DNA from: Eledone cirrhosa
Lineage: Eukaryota
Assembly (NCBI GenBank): GCA_964016885.1
Contig: OZ024748.1
Span: forward strand, 3,782,001 to 3,846,000
Length of the DNA: 64,000 nucleotides
Direction of reading: 5' to 3'
Shown: piece by piece, positions 1-12,111 of the stretch
Numbering within the stretch: position 1 is the stretch's first letter
Layout: every line of letters starts with the position of its first letter
Position numbers and translations under genes: made by a program
Notes under the pieces: model-generated
The model's input: the letters and a program-made list of their open reading frames with translations, nothing else
Database searches by the model: none
What the model was told of the DNA's origin: nothing

Positions 1-116
1 TCACAGAGGAGATGACGAAGGACTGTGACGGATGGAGAGATGCTGTTTTGAAGAGGACTCATCTCACCCTTGCAAGCAAGTAAAAGCAGACGTAAAATGA
101 TGAGGATGATGATGAT

Positions 117-164
<48 letters not shown>

Positions 165-640
165 CAATATATGTTGACACAGTAGATTTTTAAAACTATT
201 TACAAGCTTTACAAATGTTTCAATACATCTTATTCAACTAATGTTTATGTTATTTCAATTGTTAAAGAGGGAAACTATTGTGTAGAACGAAGCATTGTTA
301 AATATTGAATATCTTCAGTTATATAATATATTTGCTATATATTATGTAGCTATATGTTAGCTCTTATTTCTCAATATATCTGATATAATGTTCACTCACG
401 CAGTTCGGATTTAGCTGTTGAAATGGCAGGAGCTCAGCCGTTGGGGTCCTGTACCTTTTCATATTACCCACTCTACTACCCCAAGTATCGAGTACTCTGG
501 TGTGTTATGGGTCACCTAGTTCCTTACCACACTTTCTTTGTCATATATATATATATCACGATACATTAACGGAGCCATAGACTCTTGTCATTCCCTGTAA
601 ATAATGTGCTCAAAGGAGAAGAAATCCTGAGCTCTTTAAA

Positions 641-931
641 ATACAATATGTTGAAAAGGTAACACACTAGAGAGAGATACAGTGCGCTATCAATAAAACA
701 GGGAAAAACCACCAGTGTATGGAATCTATAACTATGAAAGGCAGACTATAGACATGATAATTAAAAATATAAATTAAAGCGTAACTATTTACGCTTTAAT
801 TTATATTTTTAATTATCGTGTCTATAGTCTGCCTTTCATAGGTTATAGATTCCATACACTGGTGGTTTTTCCCTGTTTTATTGGTAGCGCACTGTATCTC
901 TCTAGTGTGTTACCTTTTCAACATATTGTAT
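641..931. repeat. Near-perfect palindrome, ~143-bp arms with 4-nt loop
   Basis: Arms 641-784 and 789-931 are reverse complements with only a few mismatches or indels. Confidence 0.95.
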
Positions 932-2644
932 ATATATATCATTATCATCGTTTAACGTCTATCTTCCACACTAGCATGGGTTAGACGGTTTGATTCCTTA
1001 CAAACTATTAGTTCTTTCACGTCTATTGACAATTGTTCTTTATGCTTCAAATATTACACCCAAAGTGTTGGTTAAGTACTAAGGATTCTATATTTAAACC
1101 TATTCCAAACCAAACTGACAGGAACCACACCCTAATTTTATAATACAAATGTGTTTGTACTTATATAGATTAGACGGTAGATTAGTTTGGTAGTTTTCTG
1201 AAAATATTAGATACTACACACCCACATCGGTGTGTGTGTGTGTGCGCGCGTGTGTGAGCATCATTATCCTCACTGTTTAACAGTTACTTCTCATGGGTTA
1301 CAAGGGATGTCACATTATAAGGTTAAAGAAGTCAGGTGACCATGACTTGCTTATACATTTTGTTTTTTTTGTCTTATTTTCTACAGCTGAATGCCCTTCC
1401 TGATACCAACCACCTTACAATGTATACTGGCAACTTTTTTCATATCACCAAAGAGGTGAGAGAATTCTTGCCAGAAAAGGCCAGAATTCTCTCAATACCA
1501 TACTGATAAGGTATTGTTCTCAAATAATTAACATCAAAATCTCATAGATTCGATATTATATGAGATAATTATGTAAAATAAAGTGTTTACTGTAAAAATA
1601 CAATAGTAAATATAGAGTAATGTAAATGCTAAAGGGTTAATACAGTTCTTGGGTAGATTCAGTGAGATATTGTGTGTAAACAAGTCTGGCTTTTTTGAAT
1701 TACAAGTACAACTTATTTTTGCCAGCTGAGTGAACTGGAACAATGTGAAATAAAGTGATTGATCAAAGACACAACACTACACTAGGAATCAAACTCACGG
1801 TCTTACCATCATGAACCAAACACCCTAACCACTGAGCTACATGCCATTACAATTTAATAATAGAAGTCAGATAACGAAGCAAGTGTCAGGTCACTTGATT
1901 CACAGAATAATGAAGTAATATTTTAGATTTGATATAATAATTACTATATTTCAGATAAATATTAATGTTGAGTTAGGTTCATTCAATCTCAAATTACACC
2001 TTACACGGTTTTGTTGTTTGTTTTGACAATTTTTTTTCTGCTGCCATTGTTGGAGATGTCACTGCAGCCAGCACAGAAAGAAGACCTAGTTTCTTTGTTC
2101 CAGAAAAGGGATCTTCTATATCTATACTACATGAAGTGTTTTGATGTGAGAGGCAGTAAAAATAGTTTCTCATTAATTTGAAAACTATTTATGAGGTTGT
2201 TGGCCCAATGAGAAATATTTCAAACACCATATAAAAGGATCGATCGACTTTCGTCAAATCGGACCGAGGAAACAATGTTTCCATTGGTCTTTCCAATTGC
2301 TAATACTATCTATCGGTTGCAACTCCAGGTAGAAGGAGCAACGTGAAATAAAGTGTCTTGCTCAAGGACATAATGCATCGCCCGGTAATCGAACTCACAA
2401 TCTCACGATTGCGAATATAAAGTGTTTACTGTAAATATATATATAAAATTTAATATAGAAATGGCTTCTATAGAACTAGAACTGTTTAATTCGAAGGAAA
2501 TCATAAGGAAAGCCATGATTTCCTTTGAATGAAACAGTTCTAGTCCTGTAGACGCCATTTCTATATTAAATTTGATGTTTACACTCTACTAATATATTGA
2601 GTACCTTACTCTTACAGTGGTTACCTCGGATTGAAACAGGGACT

Positions 2645-2675
<31 letters not shown>

Positions 2676-2933
2676 ATATATATATCAATCATCATCATTT
2701 TATATACATATATAAAATAATAATAATTGTTTCTCCTTTTGGCACAAGGCCAGTAATTACCCAGCACATTACTGGTACTTTACTTTATCGACCCCGTAAG
2801 GATGAAAGGCAAAGTTAACCTTGGCGGGATTTGAACTCAGAATGGCAAGGGCCGTAACTCTATACGTCAAAGCATGGCGTCCGACGCTCTACCGATACTA
2901 CCACTGCAGTATAGCAGATACTAAAGCACTTAA

Positions 2934-3197
2934 TGGTCCAAAAAGTTAATACATTTTCGTCCAGAGTGAATAGAAACTTAAGAAAGTAACACCAAGAAAA
3001 GCAACCAAATGCAGTGGCTATACTTATACCACAACAATTATAAATACAAACAGGTTGGAGACTAACCTGCAGGCTCAACCTGTTTGTATTTATTGTGGTT
3101 GTGGTATAAACATGGCCACATGAATTTGGTGTTACTTTCTTGGTGTTACTTAAGTTTGTATTCACTCTGGACGAAAATGTATTAACTTTTCGGACCA
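2934..3197. mobile_element. MITE with ~90-bp terminal inverted repeats
   Basis: TGGTCCAAAAAGTTAATACATTTTCGTCCAGAGTGAATA... mirrored at the right end. Confidence 0.65.
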
Positions 3198-3924
3198 GTT
3201 TTAGTTCTGTAGAAGCCATTTCTTGATTAACTATATATATAGTAATAATTGTCTCTACTTTTGGCACAAGGCCAGCAATTACCCAGTGTATTACTGGTAC
3301 TTTATTTTATCGACCCCGTAAGGATGAAAGGCAAAGTTAACCTTGGCGGGATTTGAACTCAGACCGTAAAGGGACGTAACTCTATGCTTCAAAGCATGGT
3401 GCCCGACTCTACCGATACTGCCAATCCACAATAGATGTGAAGACTAAAATCCGAAGAATATATAAAAACCGTAGAGCAATATATGATATATTTATACATA
3501 TGTGTGTGTGATTTTCAATTTCAGAAGATCTCGTTAAGGGTGAAAGCAGCAATTCTTTGCTTAAACTTTAATCTATTATTTTAATAAATAAATAAATAAA
3601 TATATATATAATGTTGAAAGAGATAGAAGGTTATATATATATATATATATACATACATATATACATACAGACACCTTTGGTCTCTGAAAAAACATTTCAA
3701 CCCTCCACCCTCATACACCTTTGGTGTTTGAGACATATTTCGCCCCTCCCCACATTTTTGGAGGTTTATTTAATCCAGATCAACAACTTTGGATTTTGCT
3801 TTTAGGGCCCACATGCATAGTGTTCATGGGGCCACATCTATATTGTTCATGATGTCATGTGTATTCCCCATGGATCCACATGTAAATATCTTATGTATTT
3901 TCATGGGCCCACATGTTTATTTCC

Positions 3925-4182
3925 AACAACACCACCGCCGCCAATACCAACACCGCCAACATCACTACTAACACCAACAACACCACCACCACTACTAACA
4001 CCAACAACACTACCAATACCAACACCACTACTAACACCAACAACACTACCAATACCAACACCGCCAACACCACTACTAACACCAACAACACTACCAACAC
4101 CACCAACACCATCAACACCACTACTAACACCAACAACACCACCACCACCATTAACACCAACAACACCACCAATACCACCACC
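3925..4182. repeat. Degenerate (AAC/ACC/ACT)n trinucleotide repeat
   Basis: Seen directly; it generates the T/N-, P/T- and V/G-rich spurious ORFs. Confidence 0.9.
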
Positions 4183-4279
4183 TCTCTTGTATGTAGTGGA
4201 ATGGAACCAAAAATAAAACATGATAAAGTTGTTTTACAACTCAACTATGACAAATTTTCAGATTATCTCTCTCCCCCCC

Positions 4280-4572
4280 ACACCCACCATCCAGGTTGGT
4301 CATGCCTCTAATTACTTTTACACCCCCCCCCTCTCTCTGCCAGACACCTGACATCAAAGTTGACCTGGTCCTACCTTTATTTACTTTCACATTGAGTACA
4401 TATATATATAAAGCCTTCCAGATGTTTGTGTAGGAAGTTGTGACGTCAGGGTAGGTGTACTCAATGTGGAAGTAAATAAAGGTAGGGCCAGGTCAACCTT
4501 GATGTCAGATGGCTGGCAGAGAGGGGGGGTGTAAAAGTAATTAGAGGCATGACCAACCTTGATGGTGGGTGT
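4280..4572. repeat. Inverted repeat, ~120-bp arms with 55-nt spacer
   Basis: 4280-4400 is the reverse complement of 4456-4572. Confidence 0.9.
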
Positions 4573-4591
4573 ATATATGTTGTATAGATGT

Positions 4592-4659
<68 letters not shown>

Positions 4660-5384
4660 ATAAAGTGCTACTAAAGGAGTTGAGAAATTGTCATGAAAAC
4701 CTGGTGTGCTGGTGGCGTCTGGGGGTGGGAAGATAAAATTGGTACATAAACACCGCCTAATAGGTAGAGTGTCGGACATGCTTTATGACATAGGGTTAAA
4801 CCCCTTTACGATTTGAGCTCAAATCCTGTCGAGGTTAGCTTTGCCTTTCATCCTTACTATGTCGATAAAATAAAGTACCAGTAATGCACTGGTGTCAATT
4901 TAATAGACTTTCCCCTCTCCCCAAAATTGTTGACCTTGTGGCTAGTACAGTCTACAATATTATGGTTCTATAAACAATGATCAATTTAAGAAGCAAATGA
5001 CTACAATAATTGTTTCTACTTTAGGCACAAGGCCAGCAATTACCCAGTACATTACTGGTACTTTATTTAATCGACCCCGTAAGGATGAAAGGCAAAGTTA
5101 ACTTTGGCAGGATTTGAACTCAGACTGTAAAGGGACGTAACTATGCTAGAAATCATGGCGTCCAACCCTCTACCGATACTGCCAATTCCTGATTTCTAAT
5201 ATGGGCTCCCATTTGCTTATATAGTGAGAAATGAAGAGAGCGAGAGAGAGAGAGGCAGTAACAATGGGAGTTTGGTTCCTTTTTGTTTAGACCTAATATA
5301 CATTTATATATTTATTTACCAAAACATATATGCACAAAGACTGCAAGTTATTTGTGGAGAGAGAAGAAAATTGATTATATAGAC

Positions 5385-5666
5385 CAGGCATGGGTAACCT
5401 TTTTTGAGAAGTGGGCCGCATGAGATATGGCTCATCATCAGGCGGGCCGCAAGCGCTAATTTACATTCATGCCCACATTAAAAAAAAGGGCAGTGACTCA
5501 GGTTGTTTTGATTTGTTTCTTCAGAATTCGTACACGTTGTTTTCCTCGATCGTAAAAATGATAGAAAGATAAATTACGACTGAAAAGTTGGGGTAAAAAA
5601 ATCAGAAAGCTGTCACTTAGGTGAGCCATTGAGAAACCTTCTCGGGCCGCAAGTGGACCATGACTG
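5385..5666. mobile_element. hAT-type MITE with 8-bp TSD
   Basis: Imperfect TIRs CAGGCATGGG/GACCATGACTG, subterminal GGGCCGCA motifs, and an exact 8-bp duplication ATATAGAC at 5377-5384 and 5667-5674. Confidence 0.85.
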
Positions 5667-6149
5667 ATATAGACTCCAATATTTGACTGGTTGCTTTAGT
5701 GCATCGATTCCTCAGCAGGATCTGAACTCAGAGGACAGAGTACTGGGATGAATACTACAAAGCATTCAATACGACACTCTAAAGTTTCAGCTATATAAAA
5801 ATTTAGCACTATAAATAATACATGAGAGAGTTGGTTTAATTACCCCTGGAGATGGAAAAGCATAAAACATAGGCACCTGCAAGAAATTGAACCCTGCATC
5901 TCTCAAATCCCAGGTCAATGTGTTAACCACTACACTAAAGAGTTGCTGGCTACTCATTCTGTCTATTCAGATTTTTAAGCTTGTAGTTAAAAGTGTAAAC
6001 AATGATAGACTTATGAAACTCCTCAGTATAGTGGTTAAATCATTTGTCCACCGTCTGAGAGATGTGGGGTACAATTCTGTACCTCTCTTTACTTTTTTAT
6101 CTGTCTCCAGAAGTAATTTACCTAATTTTCTCAATTATAACTATTATAA

Positions 6150-6750
6150 AGTAAAGTACCAGTAATACCCTGAGATAATTGCTGGCCTTGTGCCAAAAGT
6201 AGAAACAATTATTATTATGGTAACTTTGCCTTTCATCCTTACGGGGTCGATAAAATAAAGTACTAGTAATGTACTGGGGTAATTGCTGGCCTTGTGCCAA
6301 AAGTAGAAACAATTATTATTATGGTCATTGGATTGGCAGTACCGGTAGAGTGTCGGACGCCATGCTTTGGCGCATAGAGTTACGACCTTGCCATTCTGAG
6401 TTCAAATCCCGCCGAGGTTAACTTTGCCTTTCATCTTTACAGGGTTGATAAAATAAAGTACCAGTAATACACTGGAGTAATTGCTGGCCTTGTGCCAAAA
6501 GCAGAAATAATAATTATTATGGTCATTTGTAGGGGATTGGCAGAATCGGTGGAGCATTGGATACCCTGCTTCGCAGCATAGAATTACAACCCTTTACATT
6601 TTGGGTTCAAATCCTACTGAGCTTAGCTTTGCCTTTCATCTTTACGGGGTCCATAAAATAAAGTACCAGTCACACACTGGGGTCGATTTAATCGACTTCC
6701 CCCTACCCTAAAATTACTGGCCTTGTGCCTAAATCAGAAACTATTATATT
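6150..6750 (+). mobile_element. Tandem cluster of 3-4 SINE family 1 copies and fragments
   Basis: Repeated AAAGTACCAGTAA...TTGCTGGCCTTGTGCCAAAAGTAGAAACAATTATTA tails arranged head-to-tail. Confidence 0.8.
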
Positions 6751-8462
6751 ATGGTAATTTGCGTTGAGACACATTTTCAAATTACTTTCCCAGTGTTTCT
6801 TTAGTCAACTGTTACTTACACTTCTAACTCCAGCTTCTAAAATCTTCGAAATAGATACAATTAGTCACAGTATATTGTGAGCATAGGACAAAAAAAAAAA
6901 CATAATTAAGTGTAGTAGGTACGGTTGAAAGCATTTGTAAGTAATAAATACTACCCAATGAGTTCCTTTGTCTCTGGAACACTATATTTTCTTTTAAATA
7001 CCAGATATTTTCTTATATTCAATATAAATATTTAAAATACTTCTGTAGCTTTATTTTAAAACCTATTCTTCTTAAGAATATGAATACATTTTATAACTTA
7101 AAAATATGGCAAGTGGATGTTAATATATTTAATGTTATGTATCTAGTCCAGTATCTTTTAAATCAAATAAAAATTCCATTCAAAATGAAAAGAAAATAAT
7201 CATTAGTGCTAATGACAATTCTTTTCAGAGACAAGGAAGACAACTCTCAAATTAAAATTGATTAAAAATTGAACGAGGTGCATGCATTAGGGAGTAAGTC
7301 ATACTTTTGATAAGAACAATGACAACTTTGGACATGTTTTAAATATTTTAGATCTCGTCAGCTAAGTATAGTTGTTTCTACTTTTGGCACAAGGCCAGCA
7401 ATTACCTAGTGTATTACTGGTACTTTATTTTATCGACCCTGTAAGGTAAAGTTAACCTCGGCGGGATTTGAACTCAGACCATAAAGGGGCAAAATCCTAT
7501 GCTGCAAAGCATGGCGTCTGACCCTCTGATACTGCCAATCCACAACTCGTCAGCTAAGTTATAATATAACCAGTAAACATCAGACTTGAGAATAACTATG
7601 ACAATATAGAAGTTTTTAGTGAAAACATATCCCCATTAACGAGTCTAAAAAATATTCAATTTTTTTTTAAATTTAAAATTTCATCAGCATAACAATAATC
7701 TAAACATTCAAGAAAATCTTGTGCCAAAAATAATTGCATTATGAAGAAAGTTATAAGGAAATTCAACTGAAGGAAGAAGAGGGACAGATTAGGAAAGGGC
7801 AGAGGAGGTGATGGTGGTGATGGAAGAATCAGCAGCTAAACTAGTTTTATACCAAAATTATTTAGTCCTTAGGGAATTTTTTTATCCAGATAGTTTTTAA
7901 CTAAAAAAAAAATGAGATCTGACTATTAAAAAGGCATTTTAACAATATTTCCTTTCTTTCATTTTTCACAACTGTAAATTCTTATACAAAAGGTCATTCT
8001 AAAAATATCTTTGTTGAATGCCCCAGATTAAATATAAATACTGTTCTAGAAATACTCACTCCCAATTTACAGAACATCTAGAGTGACAAATATTTTAAAT
8101 GTTTTTTCTTCTGTAAGGGTCTAATATAATGTGCAGTATATATTTGAATATACGCAGAGGAATATGTGACAAAAAAAAAAAAAAAAAAATCGTAACTGGC
8201 TACTCATACTGATGTTAAAGTATTGTTCTCAAAATAAATAATATCAAAATCTCATAGATTCAATATTATGCGAGATAATTATGTGAGGTAAAGCCTTTAC
8301 CACGAAAATACAATAGTATATATAGAGTAAAGTAAATGTTATGTGAGATATTAAGTGAGGTAAAGCCTTTACTGTGAAAATACAATAGTATATATAGAGT
8401 AATGTAAATGTTATGTGAGATATTATGTGAGGTAAAGCCTTTACTGTGAAAATATAATAGTA

Positions 8463-9343
8463 CTAGCAGCAGTACCCAGCGTTACCTGGGTAGGTAAAAT
8501 AATATCTGCTTTGATGAAAAGGTGTTGATCTTAGCAACTGCTTCTTGATGACTCATCTATGGCCACACACAGGCCATGCAGGGGAGGGTGGTGATGACCT
8601 CTATCACTGAGAAACGCGGGTGACTGATGAAAGGGCATGCTGAGGAGGGAGGTAATGACCTCTAACACTAAGCCAAATTTCCTGACACTACTTGATTGGA
8701 AACCGATGATTTATGTGTGAGGTGGAGCCAAAGTTTCGAATTTGAACGAAATCGGTTGAAAAATGTGGGAGCTAGAGCCGAAAAGGGGGAAATTTGAGCG
8801 AAAAGGCGGTATTTTCGAATATTTAAGCGGCTGCCACGCCGTTCCTGAACAAAAAATTTAAAATGTAAAGCCACTTTAAGACGTGAAATAATCAGATCTA
8901 GTGTAGTGTAAAATTTGAACAAAGTAGGTTGATTAATGTGGGAGCTAGAGCCAAAAATGGAAATTTGAGTCTAAAAGTGGTATTTTTGACAGGCAGTCCC
9001 TGAACAACAAATGCAAAATGTAAAGCCATTACAGGATGTGTAATGATAAATTCTATTTTGCTTTAAAATTTGAACGAAATCGGTGGCAAAATGTGGGAGC
9101 TAGACCCAAAAATCTTATTTTTCGATACCTAAAAAAGGTGCCCCCCCCCCCCCCCCCCCCCATCGATTTTTATCTACAGAATGATCCCGGAATAAAAAAG
9201 CGATACGCTGATATATAGAAAACACTCCCCCGATGACTAATCTATGAGCCTGTAAAGTTTCATGAAAATCGGTCGTAAGATGTATGCCCCTATAGGTAAT
9301 ACACAGACACACACACACATACTTAATTTTATATACATACAGA
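8463..9343 (-). mobile_element. Non-autonomous Helitron nested in a TTAA-type MITE
   Basis: 5' TC at 9343; perfect 7-bp hairpin TACCCAG/CTGGGTA (8473-8492) before the terminal CTAG. Removing it rejoins AATAGTA|TATATAGAGTAATG, the host repeat seen uninterrupted at ~8380-8410. Confidence 0.88.
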
Positions 9344-9834
9344 TATATAGAGTAATGTAAATGCTATGTGAGATATTAAGTGAGATAATTATGTGAGGTA
9401 AAGAACCTTTACTGGGAAAATACAATAGTAAATACAGAGTTATATAAATGCTAAAGAATCAGACTTTTGTACTGGCTCTTTCAAGGATATGAAAACACTG
9501 TATTGCTTATCCAGTATTTAACTTTATTCATTAGGAGTTAGTGAGTCGTTTCATGGATCAATGACCCTAAATTGATCTGAAAAGCATACACCTTTGCAAA
9601 TTTAAAGAAGGCTTTAAAATTTGTTTTTTATATTCTTTTTATAGCCATGGCTTCTCATTCTGCCCTCTCTTTTTCATGGGAATATTTGATATCGATCTCA
9701 ATTTCAAACTATGATCACTTCAAATAAGATTTTTTACTGTCTTTCATTGTGTATTTAATTGATTTGAGATCTTTTTATATCTGGAAATTACATTCTTGTG
9801 TCTGCTGGCCTTTCCCTTTAGAGTAAAATGTATG

Positions 9835-10443
9835 CAGTGTGTGCTGGGTCCTTTTTGTCATGACACCTACACAACCACTTTACAGTGTAGGCTGGGTCCT
9901 TTTTGTCATGACACCTACACAACCACTTTACAGTGTGTGCTGGGTCCTTTTTGTCATGACACCTACACAACCTCTTTACAGGGTAGGCTGGGTCCTTTTT
10001 GTCATGACACCTACACAACCACTTTACAGTGTGGGCTGGGTCCTTTTTGTCATGACACCTACACAACCTCTTTACAGTGTGGGCTGGGTCCTTTTTGTCA
10101 TGACACCTACACAACCTCTTTACAGTGTGGGCTGGGTCCTTTTTGTCATGACACCTACACAACCTCTTTACAGTGTAGGCTGGGTCCTTTTTGTCATGGC
10201 ACCTACACAACCTCTTTACAGGGTGGGCTGGGTCCTTTTTGTCATGACACCTACACAACCTCTTTACAGTGTGGGCTGGGTCCTTTTTGTCATGACACCT
10301 ACACAACCTCTTTACAGTGTAGGCTGGGTCCTTTTTGTCATGGCACCTACACAACCACTTTACAGTGTGGGCTGGGTCCTTTTTGTTGTGACACCTACAC
10401 AATCACTTTACAGTGTGTATTGGGGACTCTTTGTCATGACACC
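9835..10443. repeat. 48-bp minisatellite, ~12.7 copies
   Basis: Unit CAGTGTGGGCTGGGTCCTTTTTGTCATGACACCTACACAACCTCTTTA. Confidence 0.95.
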
Positions 10444-11410
10444 ATGAAGCTGGGTGCTTTTTGTAATGTTGCATGTGTATGAGTGTGAGTGTGAGTGTGA
10501 GTGTGAGTGTGTGTGTGTGTGTGTGTGAGTGTGTGGATGTGCGTGTGTGTGTGTGAGTGTGTGGATGTGCGTGTGTGTGTGTGAGTGTGTGGATGTGCGT
10601 GTGTTCCCATTGCTTTTGTTATTATTTTATAGAAATAGTTAAGAGAAATATGTCTAGAAAGAATTATTACTTTGTGTTGTTATGACAAGAAAAATACCAA
10701 AGTATACCAACACAATAGCCCCCCTCCCCTGCTACTTCTTCCCTGAAGGTCTTCTGTTTTCTATCAATCATCATCATCATCATTTTTATGTCTGCTTTCC
10801 CCTGCTTGCATGGCTTTAACAGATTTAATAGGCCCCTTCCAACATAACCTCCATTCATAACATTTATATGTATGTATATATACATTTATATATCTATAAT
10901 AATATACTCTGCTCTGCACGATCGTTGAGTGCTCAAACAGCATACCACCCACAGACGCATTTAATTGCAACCCTATAACAACTACATATATATATATATA
11001 CAAATGATGAATCAAAACATATCAAATATGTTTAAAATTTTGTGTTTCTCAATAAGCAAGGTCAATAGACTTTATCTAGAGCCATATCATCATCATCATT
11101 TTACGTCCGCTTTTCCCTGCTTGCAAGGGTGGGACGGGAACTGATTCTGGCTTGATTTCTACAGCTGGATGCCCTTCCTAACACCAACCTCATTTACAGT
11201 GAGTGCTGGGTGCTTTTTTGCTGTGGCACCTCCACGACCACTTTACATCTCATTTCTACAGCTGAGTAAGCTGGAGCAATGTGAAATAAAGTGTCTTGCT
11301 CAAGGAAACAACACATCACCCGGTCTGAGAATTGAACTCACAACCTTTCGATTGCAAGGCCAATGCTCTAACCACTAAGCCATGTAACCAAATAAAGAGA
11401 TATATATAAT

Positions 11411-12050
11411 AATGAAATTATTGTGTAAAGTGCTCAGGTGCACTGCACCTCGTCAAAGACGCATGTAATAATATACAAATGTCAGGGAAGTGAATAGTGT
11501 ATGAGTGATGATATACATGTGTGTATGTGTATGGAGGGGGAACATTAGGATGGAGTGTTGGCGAATCTCGGGATTGTACAGCCTTAAATAGATAGCTGGA
11601 GAGTGGCTGACAAAGGTCTTGCTGAGTGATGCTAAGACATCCTCGGCCCTCTTGACAATTTTAGAGATGTGCTTCGTCCAACGCAAATCGCTGCTGACTG
11701 TAATGCCCAGGTCACGTTCACAAGAAGACTTTTTGATATTAGTGCTGTGGAGGGAGTATGTGGACGCTGGGTTTTTACTCCCAAAATGCATAGTGGTGCA
11801 CTTGTCCACAGCTAGCTTGAGTTGCCAGTCTGAGATCCATTGTTGCATTGTGTCCAGGTCAGACTGCAAGCAAGATCTATAGTGTTCAGGATCTGTCCTT
11901 TTTATCTCAAGGTACAGCTTGATGTCATCTGCGTACTTTAGTACTGTGGCATTCTTTAAGTTGGCATCTATGTCATTAATATATGCCACAAACAGAAGGT
12001 GGCCAAGAACAAATCCTTGTGGGACACCAGATGACATCTCATATGGTGAG
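11411..12050 (-). mobile_element. CR1/L2-like LINE 3' fragment (reverse transcriptase) with internal deletion
   Basis: SGVPQGFVLGHLLFVAYINDID, KYADDIKLY, LQSDLD..W..DWQL, ERDLGI; followed by the 3' tail found many times in this window. Confidence 0.9.
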
Positions 12051-12111
12051 GAATATGTATATATATAGAGAGAAAGAGCCATATCATAAAAGAAACACGG
12101 TATATTGTATA

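Noticed and set aside
205-325. CTGAAGA ... GAAACATTTGTA on the - strand as a hammerhead
   Set aside because: Stem II does not abut GAAA and there is no stem I complementarity.
3857-4311. Mucin- or extensin-like P/T/N-rich ORFs
   Set aside because: Trinucleotide microsatellite with no splice or homology support.
6815-6845. Possible - strand microexon of POGLUT2 (GTAAGT donor)
   Set aside because: The translation does not resemble the expected continuation of the filamin domain.
9796-10482. Long repetitive ORFs on both strands; CRISPR-like regularity
   Set aside because: A 48-bp tandem minisatellite with no unique spacers; frames are open only because the unit length is a multiple of 3.
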